NCBI GenBank assembly: GCA_965222375.1
Contig: CBDCTZ010000014.1
Coordinates: 160,001-224,000 of the forward strand
Source: Polyangiaceae bacterium
GTDB lineage: Bacteria; Myxococcota_A; Polyangia; Polyangiales; Polyangiaceae
Direction: 5' to 3'
Length of the DNA: 64,000 bases
The first letter of the stretch is position 1; every line of letters begins with the position of its first letter. Below the pieces are notes generated by a model. The model did no database searches, was not told the origin of the DNA, and worked only from the letters and a program-made list of their open reading frames with translations. Positions 60,821-64,000 of this stretch are shown here, one piece after another. Position numbers and translations under genes: made by a program.

Positions 60821-62055
60821 AGTGCTGGAGGGAAAAGGGTGGTGTTGATTTGCGGTTTGGTCGTCGCGCTGCTGACTAGCTTCCAGCTGCCTTGATTCAC
60901 CTGGATGTCGATGTCTTTGATGTTGGTGTCGCAGCGCATGACCATGGCTTCGAAGGGAAGATCCTGAGCGGGGAAAATGGCGCTCACTTCGTCCGGCGTC
61001 AGGTCCGAAACGGGGAAGGTCTTCCCATTCACTCCCAGGAAAGCGTCCGACGTACTCGAGCTGCCGACGTTCGCGCCCAGGAAAGTCCAAATGCCGTCAG
61101 TGACGGCATCATCGAGTTCACGCATGCCGAAAGAGCCGCCGCTGTGTGTGACGGTGCCAAGGTACAGGACGATGAAGTTGAACTGGTCGCTGAGCAGTGT
61201 GCCGCCGTTCTTGTCGAAACCGTCGACGTCTGTTACGGCGAATTGGTTGTTGTTGGTCGGATCCGTCCACCGGTTGAGCTGGGCGCCGGCCACGATGTCT
61301 TCCCCGAGCACCGCCTCGGTGCTCTTGCCGCGAGCGAAGTTCCAGATCACGCCATAGTTAGGCGTGGTGAATGTGCTGCTCTCGCAGAGCGCCTTCGCCA
61401 TGGCGCCACCGGTGGCGAAGACTCGAACGATTGCCGTCAAACCACTCGTTGGCGCCGGCCACGCGCCTTCCTGGTAAGTCTCTTTGGTCCCGCCTTGCGT
61501 CACTTCCAGGGTGCGCGGCGAACCCGGCAATACTTTCACCGTGAAGGTCTCTTTCTTGCCGTTCTCGGGGTCGTTGGGCCAACCCGCGGGCACAGTCACC
61601 GTCGTATCCACGGTTGCGCCGTCGCTGGCGATCTGCATCACACGCATCCGGCGCCGGAACGCCGGGCCGAAGGGGTTGCGCACCTCGGCCCAGAACAGCG
61701 AGCCCGCGTCGAACTCCATCTGGATCACCCTCTGCTTGCCGTTGCGGGTCTGCATGCCGCTCCACTTGCTCTTGCCCAGAGCAGCGAGCAGGGCAGCCGC
61801 TCCGCCGCCGCTACCCGCGACGCCGCCAGAGCCGCCCATGGCGCCGGCGCCGCCAGCGCCACCCATCATGCCTGCAAAACCGCCACTACCCGCCCCGCCG
61901 CCGGTCCCCGAGCTTGCGCCCGAACCGGCCCCGCCACCGAAGCCACCCACGGCGCCCGTTCCACTGCCGCCGGTGCCCCCCGGGCCACCGCCATCGTCGT
62001 CGGAGCCGCACGCTGCCAGAGCGCAACATGCAGCAAGCACTGCGAAACGATTCAT
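60817..62055 (-). CDS. Gly-rich lipoprotein
   Basis: LAAC lipobox, Gly linker, globular C-domain; ATGA coupling. Confidence 0.75.
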   Translation of the reverse strand: MNRFAVLAACCALAACGSDDDGGGPGGTGGSGTGAVGGFGGGAGSGASSGTGGGAGSGGFAGMMGGAGGAGAMGGSGGVAGSGGGAAALLAALGKSKWSGMQTRNGKQRVIQMEFDAGSLFWAEVRNPFGPAFRRRMRVMQIASDGATVDTTVTVPAGWPNDPENGKKETFTVKVLPGSPRTLEVTQGGTKETYQEGAWPAPTSGLTAIVRVFATGGAMAKALCESSTFTTPNYGVIWNFARGKSTEAVLGEDIVAGAQLNRWTDPTNNNQFAVTDVDGFDKNGGTLLSDQFNFIVLYLGTVTHSGGSFGMRELDDAVTDGIWTFLGANVGSSSTSDAFLGVNGKTFPVSDLTPDEVSAIFPAQDLPFEAMVMRCDTNIKDIDIQVNQGSWKLVSSATTKPQINTTLFPPAL

Positions 62056-64000
62056 GATTGCTCCCGAGTCTTCTGACTTCGCCTACGTGCCACTGCAAGG
62101 GACAGCCCCAGCAGAACTAGCAGCTGCGGTGTGGACCCATTGTTCGGAGTGGTGCGACAGCCACAGCCACCCGAGTCCTCCCCGCCGCTCGACGGCAGTT
62201 GAGAGCCGACAGAAGCGCCGCTGCCGCCGTTTGCGCCGGTGCCGCCATTGCCACCCGCGCCGCCGCTACCGCCGATACCCGGCGGGGGATCCGGTAAGCC
62301 CGTAATGGTGATGCCCGTGCAGGTCGCTGGCTTGTCGGAATGCTCAGGCGGGTACGACCGACTCAAGCTACCGTGGTGCTCGCTGCTGCTGACCAGCGTG
62401 TCCAAATCCGTCAGGGCGCAATTGATCGTGGTCGGGCTCGAGGTGAACGAAGACAGAGAGCCGTCATGGCATTCGATGGGGCTGTCGTCGGAAAGGACCG
62501 CCGTGTGGGTCGTGCCGTCGCTAGTGCGGACGCTCATGGCGCCTATGGCGTCGATGCCGAGGGGAAACACGGCTTCGGCTAGGTAACTGCAAGCACCCAC
62601 TTGCATCCAAGAAACGGTGTGGGAGGCATCGAAAGTGGCGGCGCCAATGCCAATCGGGTCACTACCGATGGGCAGCACTGCACGATGATCCGCGATGGAG
62701 ACGCTAGCGATGTTGAAAGAGTGGCCGTAAAGCCCGCTCTCGAGGATGTTGTCGAGCACCGTGCCACCCAAGGTCGTGGGCGCGTAGGTGGCCAAGCGGT
62801 TTTCAAATTCCAGCTTGGTCGCTGGGAACTCCTTCTTGTATTCGTCGATGAGGGAGCCGATGAACTGCTCGGCTTCCTCGATGGCGTACTTCTTCACCGC
62901 GTCTTTCACGGGCTGAATCACCGGGTCGAGCAGCGCAGCGATCAGGCTCGGCACCTGGATGTTCACCCCCACGGCATTCAACGCGTTCTGCAGCGATATC
63001 AGCCACTGCGGCAACAGCGCTTGGGTCAGAGCAGCGTAGTCGATGGTCGTGAGGTTGTTGGACCAAGTGGTCATTGGGCCAAACAGACCGGCCAGCTCCG
63101 CTTTGGTGACCGACAGCCCGTCGGTGCCCGGCGCGATGGGCTCGTTGAGTTTGTTCGAGAGGTTCTCGACCGTGTCGAGGTAAGCCGGCAAGAACTTGAA
63201 CAAGTCGTCTCGCAGCTTGTCGCTCAGCTTGTCGAAAGCTGAGGGCAGCGGGTTATTGCCAGCGTCGAAGCGTGGCTCCAGCAAGCCGACGTAGACTTTG
63301 TACTTGGCATAGATGGTCGGGCACGAGGCCCAGCACGCTGTCTTGTCGTCGCTGGTGCCCAGTTTTCCGTCCGTTCCGGCGGTCACGCCCAGCTTGGCGC
63401 CGTCGGGGGTGCCCGGATTCTGAAGATCCGCGATGGTTTTGGTGACGCTGGCGCGGGTGGCCACGCGCTCGTCGTCGATTTCTCGCAAGTACAGGGGCGT
63501 CAGCACCAAGTGGTCCGCTGGCGCCAGGCCCGCGTTCTGGATCACCGTGACCAAGGTGGCGCCGGGGTTGGCCTGCTTCGACGCGTCGAGCTTGCTCTTG
63601 GCGTGTTTGGCGACCAACTGCCAAAGCACGCTCTTTTCGTCGAAGTACGCCCGCTGCACGAAGCTCTTGGGAATGGTGTGGCTCAAGCGCGTGCCTTCGA
63701 AGGCCGTAGGCGCCTTGGTCAACAGCGCTTCCTGGATCATCGACTCCGCCGCGATGTGGCGAATGACGTTGGAAAAGTCCGAAGCGCGATCAGCCGACAG
63801 GGGGTTCAGGGTGAAGGTCTCCCCGGTCATGTAGTTGACGTAGTGGTGGGCCACGGCGTCTGTGGAGCCATGCAGGAAGCAGCCCATGGCGTAGGCTTTC
63901 TCTGCCGGGAGTAGCGCTTCCTTGTACAAGAGCTCGCATTGCTCGAAGGGTCGCTGTCCAATGGCGTGAGATGGATCTGTCATCCCCGGGAACGCCGTGT
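62052..64000 (-). CDS. Zinc-dependent phospholipase C-like protein with MYXO-CTERM tail (5' end outside window)
   Basis: AYAMGCFLHGSTDAVAHHYVN zinc motif; GGCGC...LLVLLGLSLAVARRR. Confidence 0.75.
   Translation of the reverse strand, partial: TAFPGMTDPSHAIGQRPFEQCELLYKEALLPAEKAYAMGCFLHGSTDAVAHHYVNYMTGETFTLNPLSADRASDFSNVIRHIAAESMIQEALLTKAPTAFEGTRLSHTIPKSFVQRAYFDEKSVLWQLVAKHAKSKLDASKQANPGATLVTVIQNAGLAPADHLVLTPLYLREIDDERVATRASVTKTIADLQNPGTPDGAKLGVTAGTDGKLGTSDDKTACWASCPTIYAKYKVYVGLLEPRFDAGNNPLPSAFDKLSDKLRDDLFKFLPAYLDTVENLSNKLNEPIAPGTDGLSVTKAELAGLFGPMTTWSNNLTTIDYAALTQALLPQWLISLQNALNAVGVNIQVPSLIAALLDPVIQPVKDAVKKYAIEEAEQFIGSLIDEYKKEFPATKLEFENRLATYAPTTLGGTVLDNILESGLYGHSFNIASVSIADHRAVLPIGSDPIGIGAATFDASHTVSWMQVGACSYLAEAVFPLGIDAIGAMSVRTSDGTTHTAVLSDDSPIECHDGSLSSFTSSPTTINCALTDLDTLVSSSEHHGSLSRSYPPEHSDKPATCTGITITGLPDPPPGIGGSGGAGGNGGTGANGGSGASVGSQLPSSGGEDSGGCGCRTTPNNGSTPQLLVLLGLSLAVARRRSQKTREQS

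Overview
GC-rich bacterial DNA, very probably from a myxobacterium (Polyangiaceae-like: MYXO-CTERM tails, many Gly/Cys-rich lipoproteins). Positions 1-24 kb form an accessory/defence-type region ending at guaB. It holds a SNF2 helicase, several deleted toxin/nuclease remnants, a HicAB pair with a perfect operator palindrome and, at its centre, an apparently complete retron locus: WGR-HEAT gene, SWIM gene, an msr/msd ncRNA with 27-bp a1/a2 arms, and a retron RT that is unusually fused to a C-terminal membrane RDD domain. At 32.5-36.2 kb an HNH endonuclease gene is enclosed by ~220-bp structured, non-coding inverted repeats, and an intact IS4-family element with a 9-bp target duplication has inserted into the left arm. 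The rest is mostly housekeeping and envelope genes (guaB, CDF transporter, CesT-pspA, rpmH-rnpA-yidD-yidC-jag, rpmG, OmpA, MCE, ECF sigma, SDR) and secreted lipoproteins, plus a tRNA-Leu 3' fragment and several repeats. All family calls come from motif recognition by eye; no searches were run. Several single-base frameshifts may be assembly errors.
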